Source: Schmidtea nova (taxonomy: Eukaryota). From it: a stretch of 64,000 nt of DNA. How positions within the stretch are numbered: position 1 is the first letter of the stretch; the number at the start of each line of letters is the position of its first letter. Below are positions 38,350-51,086 of this stretch, one piece after another. The notes under the pieces were generated by a model. The model saw only the letters and a program-made list of their open reading frames with translations. It did no database searches and was not told where the DNA came from. The translations under genes and the position numbers were made by a program. The stretch spans positions 169,818,001 to 169,882,000 of the forward strand of contig CM097883.1 in NCBI GenBank assembly GCA_044892505.1, read 5' to 3'.

Positions 38350-41273
38350 CTGTAAACGATTAAGTAGAAATTAAAGATATAGAAATACATTTTGTCTTGA
38401 AAACGTTTAGTAAAACTTTAAACTAAATTATTGTGGCCTGGTGCGGAAAAGAATGCTAAAACGGTCCGGAAATACATCTTTTACGTTTTTTCGTCAGAGA
38501 CCGTGAGTCTCACAGATGCCCAAGAGTATTTTATTCTGGGTTAAATTGAGAGAGGCCTAAAGTGCCAAACTGTTTATTTATTACAAATCTACAAAATATG
38601 GCGAAACAAAAATGCATTGTTGCTGATTCATTGGTTAAATTGCCAAGAGGGAAAAATAATTGTCCGAGTTAGAGTCATGAGTGGGAAAACTAAATCCATA
38701 TATGTGGGAACCAAATTAGGTCATATTGGAAATGACTTCAACATGGATGTAGAATGTGATAGAAAACATACACAGAAAGTCCATTGATGAGATAAAGAAT
38801 GAAAAAAAAGGTTTTTATCGGTTAACGAGGAGCATTTTATTTTATTAATTTATTAATATACTAGCGATATCCCGTCAAAAATGTCAAACGTTTTCAAAAT
38901 TTATATAAACCAAAATTTAAATTCAAAAGTTCTCAATAATATTTTGTGTGAATGCTATTGAGTCATCAAAACAACCATAGAAAATAATTATCCAATGAAA
39001 TATCAAACGCACGTGTAAGAATTTGCAAGTTTTCCGATTGAAAGATCGGTTAATCAACGCTTTTTAAAAGCGTTACATCCGGACAGACAGACATTGTTAC
39101 ACAGCAAATTATATATATTAATCTTTACTTAAACCTGGAAAAAGCAGTGGAAAATATATTAAAGAAAATAATCAACGAACTTGTTATAACATTTTCTCTA
39201 CAAGAAAAAAAAGATTTTTTAAGCAATCTTTAAGTTTTCTAAAAAAATTCCGTACAAGTTACTGGGAAATAGATACAACTGAGATAATCAAACATTCAAT
39301 AAACACAACTTATGAAAAGCCTTTAATGCATTTATAGCTTATATTGCATTTAAACCCAGGCGTATTCCAAAAGTTATTGAAATAGAAGAAAACAATTTGA
39401 AAGAGATGATGGAGTCACGAATAATACAGTCTAGCAGATCACTGTAGAAATTTACGGTTGTAGTGATAAAAAAGAAAAATTGAGATATAAGAATATGCAT
39501 TGACAACAGAGCGCTAAATGCAGAACCAACTAGGCCAATATTCCCAATATCTAGCAGCTCAGGAATATCTGACTCCATCGGGGATGCTAAATATTTTACC
39601 ACTTTAGGTATGACCAGTGGGTATTACCAAGTACCTTCACATGAAAATGACATACAAAAGATGACATTCAGTACTAGGTGTGACCAGTTTGAATTCACGA
39701 GAATGCCATTGGGGTTATATGCAGCACCCACAACATTTCAGAACACGATGACAATTATTTTGCAAAATGAGAACTGGAGGTCTTGTGTAATTTATCTAGA
39801 TTATGTTTTGATATTTGGAAAAACATTAAAAGAACGAAATCAAAGGCTCCATTAATAGTTTATCTGGAATAAAGAAAGCAGGTTTAAAGTTGGTACAGGA
39901 TAAACCCACTTTATCAAAAAAAGAAATAAAGTATTTGGGCCATATTATAAATGGTGCTGGTATTAAAGTAGACCCGGGCAGAATTTAGTCAAATAGAAAA
40001 AAGTTTCTGGGCATATTTAGGAGTTACAAACATTTTTTGTGATGTACACATATTAAAAAGAGGTCACCAAGATTTATGCTAAAAAGACAGAACCACTATC
40101 AAATAAGTTGAGGAAAGAAAACGGGTTTGTTTGGAATACACAGGATGAAGACATGTTTTATATGTAAAAAAGTCTATAACAGAAACACTTATTTTTAGTT
40201 TACCAACCAACAGCGGTGATTTGTATACCGATACTTCTAGTGCGGTGGTTACCAACCTGTATGCAGCGAGAAGTTTAGAAACTATTTAAAGAAACTATTT
40301 AGGGTTTTTAAAAAGAAATTTAAAATATACTAAAAAGATTTTAACGGATTTTTAAAATTAAATTAAATTGATATCATTTTTGAACATTGTCAAAGCGGTA
40401 GAGACTTCATCGAATAGACGTCAAAATGAGAGCTTATTTGTCGATATTGGAACCTCGTTACAATTTTCTTATTAAAGCAATTTAAATAAATATACAACTT
40501 TTATGCCATAAAAATTATTAAGTCATTTCAGGTGTGCCGCGAAGATTTTAAGACTAATTTAGTGTGCGGCAAGCCCGAAAAGTTTGAGAATCATTGTTTT
40601 AATGACTGCACCGGAGCAGCACTTTCACAAATTCAAAACGGAGAAGAAACGGTAATAGAATAAAGGCTCGAAATATTTGGCAAAAGCTCAACGCAAATAT
40701 TGTAAAACTTGAAAAGAACCTTTTGCCATTTATGCATTTGTTCTAAAATACAATTATCTTTTAGGCAGAAAATAAAAAAAATTTTTTAAAAAGGAGGATT
40801 CTCCAAATACTTCACAGTCTTGTATTTTGAAAGCAAAATTAAAAGTTTATGAGCGACATTTAATACCGAATGGGAAAGGAACGTTTAAACACAGATGTAC
40901 TGTCAAGACTACCACGATGTGAACAATGCCAATCATTGCACAAATAACCACAAAAGAAGCGTAATGTAAAAATCTACATTGAATCATATTCAATATAAGA
41001 GTCAAATCCAGAGAGTTTTATGTGCAGTGATGAATGAAGAAATTACAACAGCTGGAATAATAGATAAAATAATACAATATCTGAAAAGTTATTGAAAAGA
41101 CAGTAATGTTTTTCAAACTTTTTCTAATGAGTCAAAAAAATAATCAGATATAAAGATAAGCTTAGAATTTGAAGGAATTTTTTATACATTTTCTTGATAA
41201 TAAAATCTACCGTAAAGTCTTACCAGCTGAGAAGAGAAGGAAAATGATAGAAAAATTTCATAATCGACTAGGA

Positions 41274-41742
41274 CAGCGGTCGGCAACCCAAATGCATTGG
41301 CGTGCCACAAAACAGATAATTAAAACTATTGCACATTAAGCATGCCACCAAAAAAACAAAAACCATTGTATATGAAAATAATTTTCTTGGTGTAGTAAAA
41401 TTTATTACAAAAATCTAATTACAAAACATAATTAAAACAAAATTATTAAACATTAATGACAACTTCGGGGATCAATTTGGAAACTAACATATTACTATTA
41501 GGTTCATAGTTTGATAATTTTAATTTAATGCGCATTTCTGAATTGTCTTCATTTAAGTGATTTCGATATGGATTTCACATGAATATGAAAGGGCATGCCA
41601 ACGCGATTGTTGGCATACCTTTTCATGTGTGCATCTACTTTATTAGCATAAGTGTTAATAAATTGTCACGTTCCTGGCATGCTATCAGAGATCTTCTCTC
41701 GTGCAACCCAGTGGCACGCGTGTCACAGGTTGCCGACCGCTG
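41274..41742. mobile_element. hAT (Charlie-like) MITE
   Basis: TIR CAGCGGTCGGCAACC / GGTTGCCGACCGCTG; flanks share a central CTAG but the TSD is imperfect. Confidence 0.8.
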
Positions 41743-42893
41743 AGCTAGAACATGTTCGTGTGGAATAAACGTATAAAGTAGTTCAAAACGAATTCTTTTT
41801 GTCCAGATATTCTAAGCGATATTATAAATGAAATATCGTCGTGTACATTTTGACAAGAATTAAAAGGTCAAAATGGATGAATTAGAACATCACTGTAAAA
41901 TATTAAAATATTTCAGCCATTTCAAATGGTAGCTATCGATATAACCGGGTTTTTGGAATAGAAAAAGATTTGCAGGCCATTTTGACTTCTTCAAAACTTT
42001 TTTTTATTCTTTGTTTGTCAAATAATTTTGTAGAGCCCGAAATTAAAAAAAATCTGAAAGTGCAAAATTGCGTGACTCTGGAGGGTACATTAAAACATTC
42101 CATTCTAACTCAAAGCGTTTTAATGGGTTTGTATCACAGTGTGAGGTCCTTATTTGTCTTGATGGCAAGTTATTTGTTTTCAATGTACTAAATCTGGTCA
42201 TTTGATCTATAGTTTTCCATCCAATTTTATGAGTTGTTGAGGCTCTCAGTATATGATTCCCCTAATGTTCCACCAAACAATCAACAATACCGTAATTTGA
42301 TGAAGTTATGATTTTGATGTCGATTCTGCTAGTTTTTTAATTGTACTGATCAAAAACAATTCCATCAAAGTATTTTTTTTAATTTATTTTATCAAATTGG
42401 ATGTATATAATGTTAAAAAGTGCAAAGGGATTAAAAATAACAAATTATATAAATAAAATAATAATACTGCTCACTGCTCACGGGTGGGTGCAGTGGCATC
42501 GAACGTGTTAAATAATTTTAATCGGCTTAAAAGTTGAACAATGCGCATAAATAAATGAGGTCCGATATTTTGTGTGTGTCTGCTTATTCACTGATTCGTC
42601 AGTTGAGCGTAAAATGCTCTTATTTGCAAATCAATCGGAACGCTTGCAATCGATAAATTAAAACCCTTTAAAGAAATCACTAAGAAGTTTAATAAAGTTT
42701 AAAACTCTATTTTCAGTTTTATAATTTAAATTAGAGGCTTAGTAAACTTAATGAACGTTATGAGAAAGACAATTTAAACAAATATTCTTTTATTTAATAA
42801 TATAGCATTAATGACTACATTTTTAATTACTTCTATATAATTCTTTTACTTTTAATTGCTAATTAAGATTTTATTAAATTAATTTATTAAATT

Positions 42894-42896
<3 letters not shown>

Positions 42897-42936
<40 letters not shown>
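42897..42936. repeat. (TA)n microsatellite
   Basis: TA run of about 40 bp. Confidence 0.95.
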
Positions 42937-42940
<4 letters not shown>

Positions 42941-43185
42941 AATAATTAAAATGATAATAATATCTTTAATTTTTGATATTATTTAATCGTCTCTATTAAA
43001 TTTCAGTTATTTTTATTTGTAGAGAATTAAAATTATTCATTGGAACAAAAAATTTCGACAGCCTTTTTCAACTGTTTATTTTCAAGAATGAAACAACTAA
43101 AATAGAAGTTTCGAAAATTCTTGTTTCATTGAAAAAATTTGAGTTCATGTCTGAAAATTTAAATCTCTGAAATAATAATAATTTA

Positions 43186-43225
43186 AAAATATATATTTCG
43201 ACAGCCAGCTGTCATCATCAGGCTA
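43186..43225 (-). ncRNA. Minimal hammerhead-ribozyme-like motif
   Basis: Minus strand CTGATGA-T-GACAGC-TG-GCTGTC-GAAA-TATAT; same layout as the motifs in the Penelope 3' ends; stem I is weak. Confidence 0.5.
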
Positions 43226-43789
43226 TAAACAAATTTAATAAAATAAAAATTGATCATATATATACGTTTATTATTGATTATATAATCACCTATGCACAAT
43301 CCTATAAAACCTTTATTAAGACTAGTTAAATTAATTAAAAACTCTCAAAATATATTTAGATTTTGCATTTTGCATGTTTGTTTTAGNNNNNNNNNNNNNN
43401 NNNNNNNNNNNNNNNNNNNNNNNNNNNNNNNNNNNNNNNNNNNNNNNNNNNNNNNNNNNNNNNNNNNNNNNNNNNNNNNNNNNNNNNNNNNNNNNNNNNN
43501 NNNNNNNNNNNNNNNNNNNNNNNNNNNNNNNNNNNNNNNNNNNNNNNNNNNNNNNNNNNNNNNNNNNNNNNNNNAGAAATTTAAATATCAATTTTACGGT
43601 AAAAGTTGTTATCAATCGAAAATTTTTACAGACATTTTTTACGATCTTATATTTTCTACGAATATATCGTAAGAAACTCGCCATTTATTATCACCATTCG
43701 AGAACAAGAATATTTTTTACCGAATAAATATTTTTAAATTCCAATTTTTTTAATGTGTATTTGAAAAAAAACAAAATAATTTCACTCAC

Positions 43790-43888
43790 TCTTCGGCTTC
43801 AATAGATCCATATTCGGCTACAAATGGTGCAGGCACGTAGCCTCTGATTTTTGTGATAGAATGTCCAACAAACCACCATTCTGGATCA
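43790..43888 (-). CDS. Src-family kinase exon 2 (second half of SH3)
   Basis: After a 64-bp GT-AG intron (43889-43952, ends ttctcttcag) the 99-nt exon reads DPEWWFVGHSITKIRGYVPAPFVAEYGSIEAE, with the SH3 WW and GYVP motifs. It ends at a GTGAGT donor in phase 2, where Src genes have the E|WYF junction. Confidence 0.9.
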
Positions 43889-43952
43889 CTGAAGAGAAAT
43901 GAATTTTATCCCCGGAATTACTCATCAAAATAAAAAAAATCTCAACTATTAC

Positions 43953-44485
43953 ATGTTGTTGAGAATATAAACTTTGTCTCCTTTTCTCAACGATAATTCC
44001 TCATCGGTTCGAGAATGGTAATCAAATATAGCCACCATCACTAGGGCTCCGCCGTTGAACATTATCGGCGGCATAACCAATGAGGCGTGATTGTTGTCTT
44101 TGCGATTCAACGAATTAATCGCCAACTGATTGCACGATTCGAGAGATTCGTGTTGGGTTTGATTAGTTCGACTAAGTGAATTTGACAGTTGTTTAATATT
44201 CGCTGGAGACGATTTCGATGGGCTCAAAGTTCCGTTGTCGCGACTGGTGGCAGTTTTCGAAAAGGAATTCGACGGCGATTTCAATAATCCAATCGTTTCT
44301 GATGAAGAGTTCTGAATCAATTTCGACAATTTCAGATCTACAGTGTGATTCTGTAGGGAATTTGTTGAAATTGTCGAAGTGTTTTCCAAACCGGATTGCA
44401 ATGGAGCAAGAGGGATTTTCGTTGTTTCGAATTCATAATCTTCGGATTTTTTGCATAAATTATATTTTCCAATGCAGTTGCCCAT
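43953..44485 (-). CDS. Src-family tyrosine kinase, first coding exon (SH4 myristoylation motif, Ser-rich unique region, start of SH3)
   Basis: ORF begins MGNCIGK (Gly2 myristoylation, Cys at position 4) and ends VAIFDYHSRTDEELSLRKGDKVYILNN (SH3 ALYDY/RT-loop pattern). GT donor at 43952, phase 2. Confidence 0.9.
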
Positions 44486-44954
44486 TGTTTATCCGTTTCT
44501 GTTATTATTTCAAATTAATTTTCTGAAATAATTGTTAAAGATTTTAATTTTTGGTGTGAAATTTTATTTTCCAAATTTATTTATAAAATTATCAAATCCA
44601 AATTTAAATAGTAATGAAAATTTATATTTCTAGATGACCTTGAAATAAATTATTTGTTTCATTTTAACAAGAATTTTTTCCCTCTAATTTGATTTGTCAA
44701 TGAAACATTAAAAAACGTAAATATTAGAATTTTTCTATTAAAATAATATTGTTAGAAATTTGTCATTTTCGGAAATAATATAATTAAATATTATATAATA
44801 TTTTACAATNNNNNNNNNNNNNNNNNNNNNNNNNNNNNNNNNNNNNNNNNNNNNNNNNNNNNNNNNNNNNNNNNNNNNNNNNNNNNNNNNNNNNNNNNNN
44901 NNNNNNNNNNNNNNNNNNNNNNNNNNNNNNNNNNNNNNNNNCAAAATATATTTA

Positions 44955-44996
44955 TGGGAAATATATTTCGATGGTATAACCATCATCTTCAGTCCT
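44955..44996 (-). ncRNA. Minimal hammerhead-ribozyme-like motif in Penelope 3' region
   Basis: Minus strand GGA-CTGAAGA-T-GATGG-TTATA-CCATC-GAAATATATT-TCC; ~110 nt downstream of the GIY-YIG stop. Confidence 0.62.
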
Positions 44997-45107
44997 AAAA
45001 TTATCGATTATTTAAACAAATTATGCGGTCAAATATAAGTAACTACTATAAGCATTGTGCAAATTTAAAGAATGAAAAAAAAAATATTTTTCTTCTTTCC
45101 CTCTCTT

Positions 45108-45885
45108 CTAATTAAACACACTCAATAGATTTGTTGTCTCACTTTGTAAATTAATCTTAGGATCCAAAGATTTGATATACAAAGCTTCACAAACGACTCT
45201 TTCCCAGTAACTGGAAAAATTTCTATTCACAATTTTAAAATCTTTAACATCGATAATTGTATTTTTACAGATTTTTTTAACATGCTTACAAATATTACTG
45301 ACACCATTAGGTCTAGAATGTTCACGAATGCGAGTACAGAGATGACGGGCAGTCTCTCTAATGTATGTGGCATTACACCCATTACAATTAAATTGATAAA
45401 CTACATTCGAACATAAGGCTGACGGTGTAACAGATTTATTCATGAACAAGTTATTTAATGCGAATGATTTAAAAATTATTTTGAATTTTGGGATTCTTTT
45501 CGTAACAGATAAGATACTTATTTTCAAATCTTTACAACCTTCTGAATACGGCAAAATGAGAAATTTATTAGGTATGCCCAACTTTTCCAAATCTTCAGTT
45601 ACTTCATTATTTAGAGGTTTCTTTATAAAAAATTGCCTTGTAAGAGTATCCCTAGTAAGATTCTCAACAAAATGTTTAGAATAACCATTATTAAATAAAC
45701 TTTCTTTAAGTTTATTCAAACTTTTATTTGCTTTCTGATATGTAGAGCTTAATGACCAAGATCGAAAAACAAGGCCTCTTTCCGAATTCCTTTTATATAC
45801 AGAATCACAAAAACTACTAGGATTTGTGTACAAGCCTGTGTCTGTTGGTTTCTTATATATTTCTGTCTCGTAGTCATCTATTTTT
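45108..45885 (-). pseudogene. Penelope RT-thumb/GIY-YIG endonuclease ORF fragment
   Basis: ORF 45108..45833 extended upstream in frame; RT core absent; GIY-YIG second motif reads YIR instead of YIG. Confidence 0.88.
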
Positions 45886-46511
45886 CTTTTGATTTACTTA
45901 TTGAAAGAAAAATAGATGACTACGAGACAGAAATTTATAATTTATATTTACTTCCCAGTTTAGCACAATTTAATCAATCTTCGAGTATTCAGAAGCACTT
46001 TTGATAGGTCATACCAAGAGTATAATAAAATAATGGTTAAAGACCAAAATAAAAACAATAACACTCAGAATATTGTAACAAAAGAGTGTTTTTTTAATTT
46101 AGGTTTAAGTTTAGGTTCCCTCTTGTCACGATGACATTGAGCGATTCTTAAACATATCCCTAACGACAACAGGATTGTGTAAAATATGAATATTATCATT
46201 TAAATAAAATTTGAGATTAATTTTCTTTAAATTTCTTTATTATTTTTTAATAGATTATTTATGTTTAATTTTCTATTTTCTTTTGAATTTCGTCAGGTTA
46301 GGTTTCGAATTCCTGATTTGCAAAGATTGTAAAAACTAATTATATGAATTATGCTTGAATAACGTGAAACGGCACAGGAGTCAGAAAAATATAATTTGTT
46401 TTTCATTAATATACATATTTATATATAATATAAAAAACAAACTTTAAAGACTATAATTTCGAGTTCTAGTTATTCTGTTTATTTCATCGATATCAATTTC
46501 AATTCTCTTTC

Positions 46512-49500
46512 TATGAGGGAAGCTGGAAGATTCTAAAAATCTTTAAAGTTATTGGCTACAGAATATTGACAATGTGAAATTGAAAATTTAGAAAAGATTT
46601 TAAATTTAAGTTAAAATTGAAAAATTGAAAATAAAAAATGAAGATGGTAAATTTGTTTGAATAGCAAAACAAACAAATACCAGTTTAAGTTTTTATTAAT
46701 TGTGTTGAAATAAATTTTATGGATTCATTTAGTAACCCTAAAATAATTGTCAAGTTTCGAAGGATGAAAGACCTAATATGGTGGCAGCGGTAAACACGGA
46801 CGCAATTAATGAAAGATTACTACCAAAGGTGTTTTACCAAGAAGATGACTTGGATAAGTTTATCAAAAGATGCGAAATCTATTTCGATGCTAAATACATC
46901 CCGCATTAGAGTGAACAAAAAAGATTAACAGCATGCCTGATCAACGAGGATCTATTGATAATCTATGCAAAGATATTTAGGAAAGCAGAAGGATTTCAAG
47001 CTAGGTTTTGAAAGAGATGTAATAAAGGATTTGGAAAATTTATTTAATTATAAACGAGAAGGCTTGATTGAAACGTGCTTTAAAAAGTTGGAGGCCCTTG
47101 TGAACAGGTTATTTGAGAATAAATAATTCACCAAAGAGAAAGTAACAGCAAAGATGTTTATAGTATGTGCGGAGAATAAAGAGATTGAGAAAGAAATAAT
47201 ACTACGAAAGGTAAAACACACAGAAGAAATAAAGGAAAAACTAATTCTTATGGATAAAGTGGAAAAACAAAGAGATCAGGTCAACTTTATGAAAAGTTAC
47301 GCAAGAGTGGTCTATCAGGAGCCACAGAGATGTGACAGTGCAAGCAGATAGAACAAAGAGAAAAAGGCAGACGAAGAGAAGGACCATAATGTTGGTCATG
47401 CCACAAAATGTGTCATACTAAAATAGACTGTCCAATAAAAGCAAAGGTAAAGTTTTGAATGGATCACAGAAACGAACATTTAAGTAGAAATTGTCCAGAT
47501 AAAAAAGTGCCAAAATGTTTTTATTGTGGGAAAGAAGGTCTTTTTAAAAGGTTATATCAGGAAATATGATGTAAAAGATGCACCAGAAATGGTCATTGGT
47601 CCGAAAAATGTTAAAAAAAGTTGGGTTACTGAAAACGATAGAGAAACAAGGAGCAACCGGAAACAGATACAGTCGGATAAATGGAATCAAGTAAGAAGAG
47701 GAAAGGGAATCGTATGTAGTGACAATTAAAGATAAATTTTGTAAACCGTACACAAATAACTGGGCTCCACCAGTAGAGGAGCTGGTTGGAGCCATATACT
47801 AACAGAAGAGTTGATGAGAAATCCTCATTGGGTAGAAAAGTGGGAAAATTTAGGAAGGGTAAGTAAGAAAGTATACAGGTACTTAAGAAGAGAAAGGTTT
47901 GTAAAGGAAGTGAAAAGAATTAGAACGATTAAAATGGGGCAGGCTGTAGAAATTGTGTATAACAAGCTACAAGGAAGGCCTAGTGTCACAGTAATGTTGA
48001 AAGGGGGAAATTTCGGCTGTTTATTAGATACCGGGACACGAATCAATGTAATGAGTGTGAACTGTTTTAACAAGTTACGAGGACAACAATTGATGAGGAG
48101 TGACGATAAATTACGATACGCAAACGAAAGTACGATAGAAACGATAAGAAGAACAAATGTGCAAGTAACTATTTTAGATATTTCTAAGGAAAGGATATTC
48201 ATTGTGGCAGAGAAAGTGACACCAGATTTGGTTGGAGGAGTAAAATTACAAGAAGCATTTAGATATAGATTTTCGAAAAGGAAAGATATGGAAGCTAGTG
48301 AAAAAGACAATAACTATATTTGTAACATGAAAACAAAATTTGGCAGACAAATAAAGGACGGAAAACGGTTGACACGAGCTTTGGAACGCCTAAAGATTAA
48401 TGAAGATAGCAAACTAAAGGAAATAATAATGAACAGTGGAAACGTGTTCATGGCGGATAAATGGGATGTGGGTTGCAGGAATTTGATAAAACATAATATA
48501 GTTACAAGAGGTGAACCGATTAATATAAAACCATATCGTCAACCAATAAATTTGGAAACACAGATTGAAGAAGCAATACAGAATTTGTACGAAAACGGGA
48601 TTATACGGAAATACAACTCCTCAAGGAATACGTCGTTAATATGCGTATGGAAATAAGAGAAAAAAGGATATAAGGTTATGCTTGGATTTTAGGCGGCTAA
48701 ACGTGGTAACAGAGATGCGGGCATTTCCAATGCCAAACATAGACTATATGTTGGATTTGTTAGTAGGAGCCGTTTATTTCAGCTCAATCAATCTAGGTAA
48801 TGCATATTACCTAGTTAAATTAGAGAAAGAATCACAGGAGAAAACAGCCTTCTCAACAAGGAACGGGTAATAATGTTTCAATAGAATACCGTTCGGAATT
48901 GCAGCAGCACCATGTACGTTCCAGGAAATGATGACAAAGGTAATCGGCAATATAAATAGGGCTAAGGTGTATTTGGACGACATCTTGATTTATTCGATCA
49001 GTAAAAAAACATTATGCAATTTTCGGGGAAGTTTTAAAGACGATTGAGAAAGCAGGACTAAAGAATTACTGAGAAAAGTGTCAGATATTACAGAAAGAAA
49101 TCAGATTTCTAGGACACATTATCAGCAAAGAATGAGTAAAGACAGATCCTTCTAAGATTGAGGCTTAACAAAATTTTGGGAAGCCAAGTTGCGTAAAGAA
49201 ACGTTGAAACTTTTTAAGCATTTGCAATTGTTACAAACGATTTATCAGCGTGTATCAGCGTGTTAGAACAATAATGTAGCGGCCCTAGTAACAAAAAATA
49301 GAAATGGACGGATGGAACGAATAGTGTGTTCAAGGGATTAAAGGAAGCACTTACGACGGCACCGATCCTATGTTTTCCGGATATGAGAAAGGAGTGCAAT
49401 TAAGACACATATGCCAGTTTTTTATATCGTTGGAGCAGTACTTTCCCAAAGAGATAAAGATGGAAAGAAAAGAGTAATTTTGTATGGATCACACTCGATG

Positions 49501-51086
49501 ATGAGCCACAAGAAAGGGTATTGTATTACAAATTAGGAACTATTGGTTGTATACTACTTTTGAATTCATTTTAAGTACTACCCTTACGGAAGGAGATTCA
49601 CACTCAGGACAGATCACAAGGCGATCCCGTTTATGATGACAACCAAAAAGCCAATTACCCAACAATTCCAAACCTTGATCAATTATTTAAGCAGTTTAAA
49701 TATGGTCGTAGAATACAGAAAGGGTATTATTCACCAAAATGCAGACATGGTGTCCAGAACTAAATGTGACTCTGGTACTTCGTGTCAAATGACCAATCAA
49801 GAAGCTTAGAAAAGGAAGATAAAAACTAGATTATTAGACTCGATAAGAGAAGAAGAGAGAAGCATCGGCCAACAAATAAACTTGGAAGAAGAAGTGCAAA
49901 GAATACGATGATATCTGAAAACTAGATACAAAAAACTATTAAGGAAATACACGGACTATTGTGTCATGCTGGAGTCGAGAAGATAGCCGATTATATGAAA
50001 GATAGTTATTTTGAAAAACAGTTATTGAGTCAGATTCAGGAAATTATTAGAAGTTGCGAGATTTGTCAAAAAACTAAGGCTATAACAATAGCAATGAAAG
50101 AACCAATAAAGAAACAAGAATCAAACGAAATATTTGAAATTATATTCATGGATATATGTGGACCAATGCAAGAAAATAAAGGACGCAAAAAGTATATATT
50201 GGGCATAATATACCAGTATAGTAAGTATCACGTCTTGACAGCCATAACAAGACAAAATGGAGTTAAAGATTTGGTTGCCCAAAGGAGATAAGAGTTGATT
50301 GCGGGAAGGCGTTTGAATCAGGAATGATGAGAGAATTCACAAAGAAGCTAAATATTAAGTTATGTTTATCGAGTCAATACCATCACCAAACAAATGGACA
50401 GATAGAAAGACAATTCAGGACAATTCAAGAACTGATAAATGCTACTTTGCAGGACAGAAAGAAAACTGATTGGGCAGGGCTACTCTCAAAAGACGAATTC
50501 ACATTAAATGCAACCAAACAAAAAACGGCAGGAAAAATCCCAGCAGAGATAGTTTTTGGAAAAATGTTACAAGTCCGAAGGAAAACAGGTAAAAGAAGAA
50601 CCGGAAGAACAAACAAGGAGGAAATTCAATATTGGAGAAGACGTGTTAATAAAATTAGAAACACGCAATAAAAACTAGGACATATATGAGGGGCCATACA
50701 AAGTGATCGAGAAAGTGCATGACAGACGATATATCTTAAGAAACTAGAATGGTAAAAAGATCAAAAGAAACGTGGAAAAACTTCAAAAAATTCTTAAGAA
50801 AGGGATATGAGGGAAGCTGGAAGATTCTAAAAACATTTAAAGTTATTGGTTACAGAATATTGAAAATTGAAAATTTAGAAAAAATTTTAAATTTAAAAGC
50901 TAAAATTGAAAAAAATATTTCATATTGAATAATTTCAAATAAAAATGAAAATGGTAAATTTGTTTGAATAGCATAACAAACAAATATCAGTTTAAGTTTT
51001 TATTAATTTTGTTGAAATAAATTTTATGGGTTCATTTAGTAACCCACAAATTAATTGTCAAGTTTCGAAGGATGAAAATCCTAATA
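46512..51086 (+). mobile_element. Ty3/gypsy element 2, structurally complete, coding-degenerate
   Basis: LTRs 46512-46778 and 50806-51086, 5-bp TSD CTTTC (46507-11 / 51087-91), PBS 46779-46791, purine tract before the 3' LTR. gag with three knuckle remnants, protease LLDTG, RT VYLDDILI, RNase H, integrase HHQTNGQIERQFR. Confidence 0.96.
46779..46791 (+). promoter_or_regulatory. Primer-binding site TGGTGGCAGCGGT (tRNA-Leu-like)
   Basis: Abuts the 5' LTR end and is complementary to ...ACCGCUGCCACCA, the 3' end I recall for animal tRNA-Leu AAG/UAG. Confidence 0.75.

Larger units (their letters stand above)
36880..41960 (+). mobile_element. Highly degenerate Ty3/gypsy element 4, interrupted by MITEs
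   Basis: In order: CFECNNVGHIKRN knuckle (~37130), protease-like NLGADINVVS (~37540), RT SGYYQV...FTRMPLGL...IYLDY (39610-39855), then RNase H and integrase remnants. No LTR identified. Confidence 0.75.
44942..45935 (-). mobile_element. 5'-truncated Penelope-like retroelement
   Basis: Open frame KRKIDDYETEIYKKPTDTGLY (RT thumb), linker, GIY-YIG (VVYQFNCNGCNATYIRET...RIREH...CEAL); short foldback at the truncation point. Confidence 0.92.
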
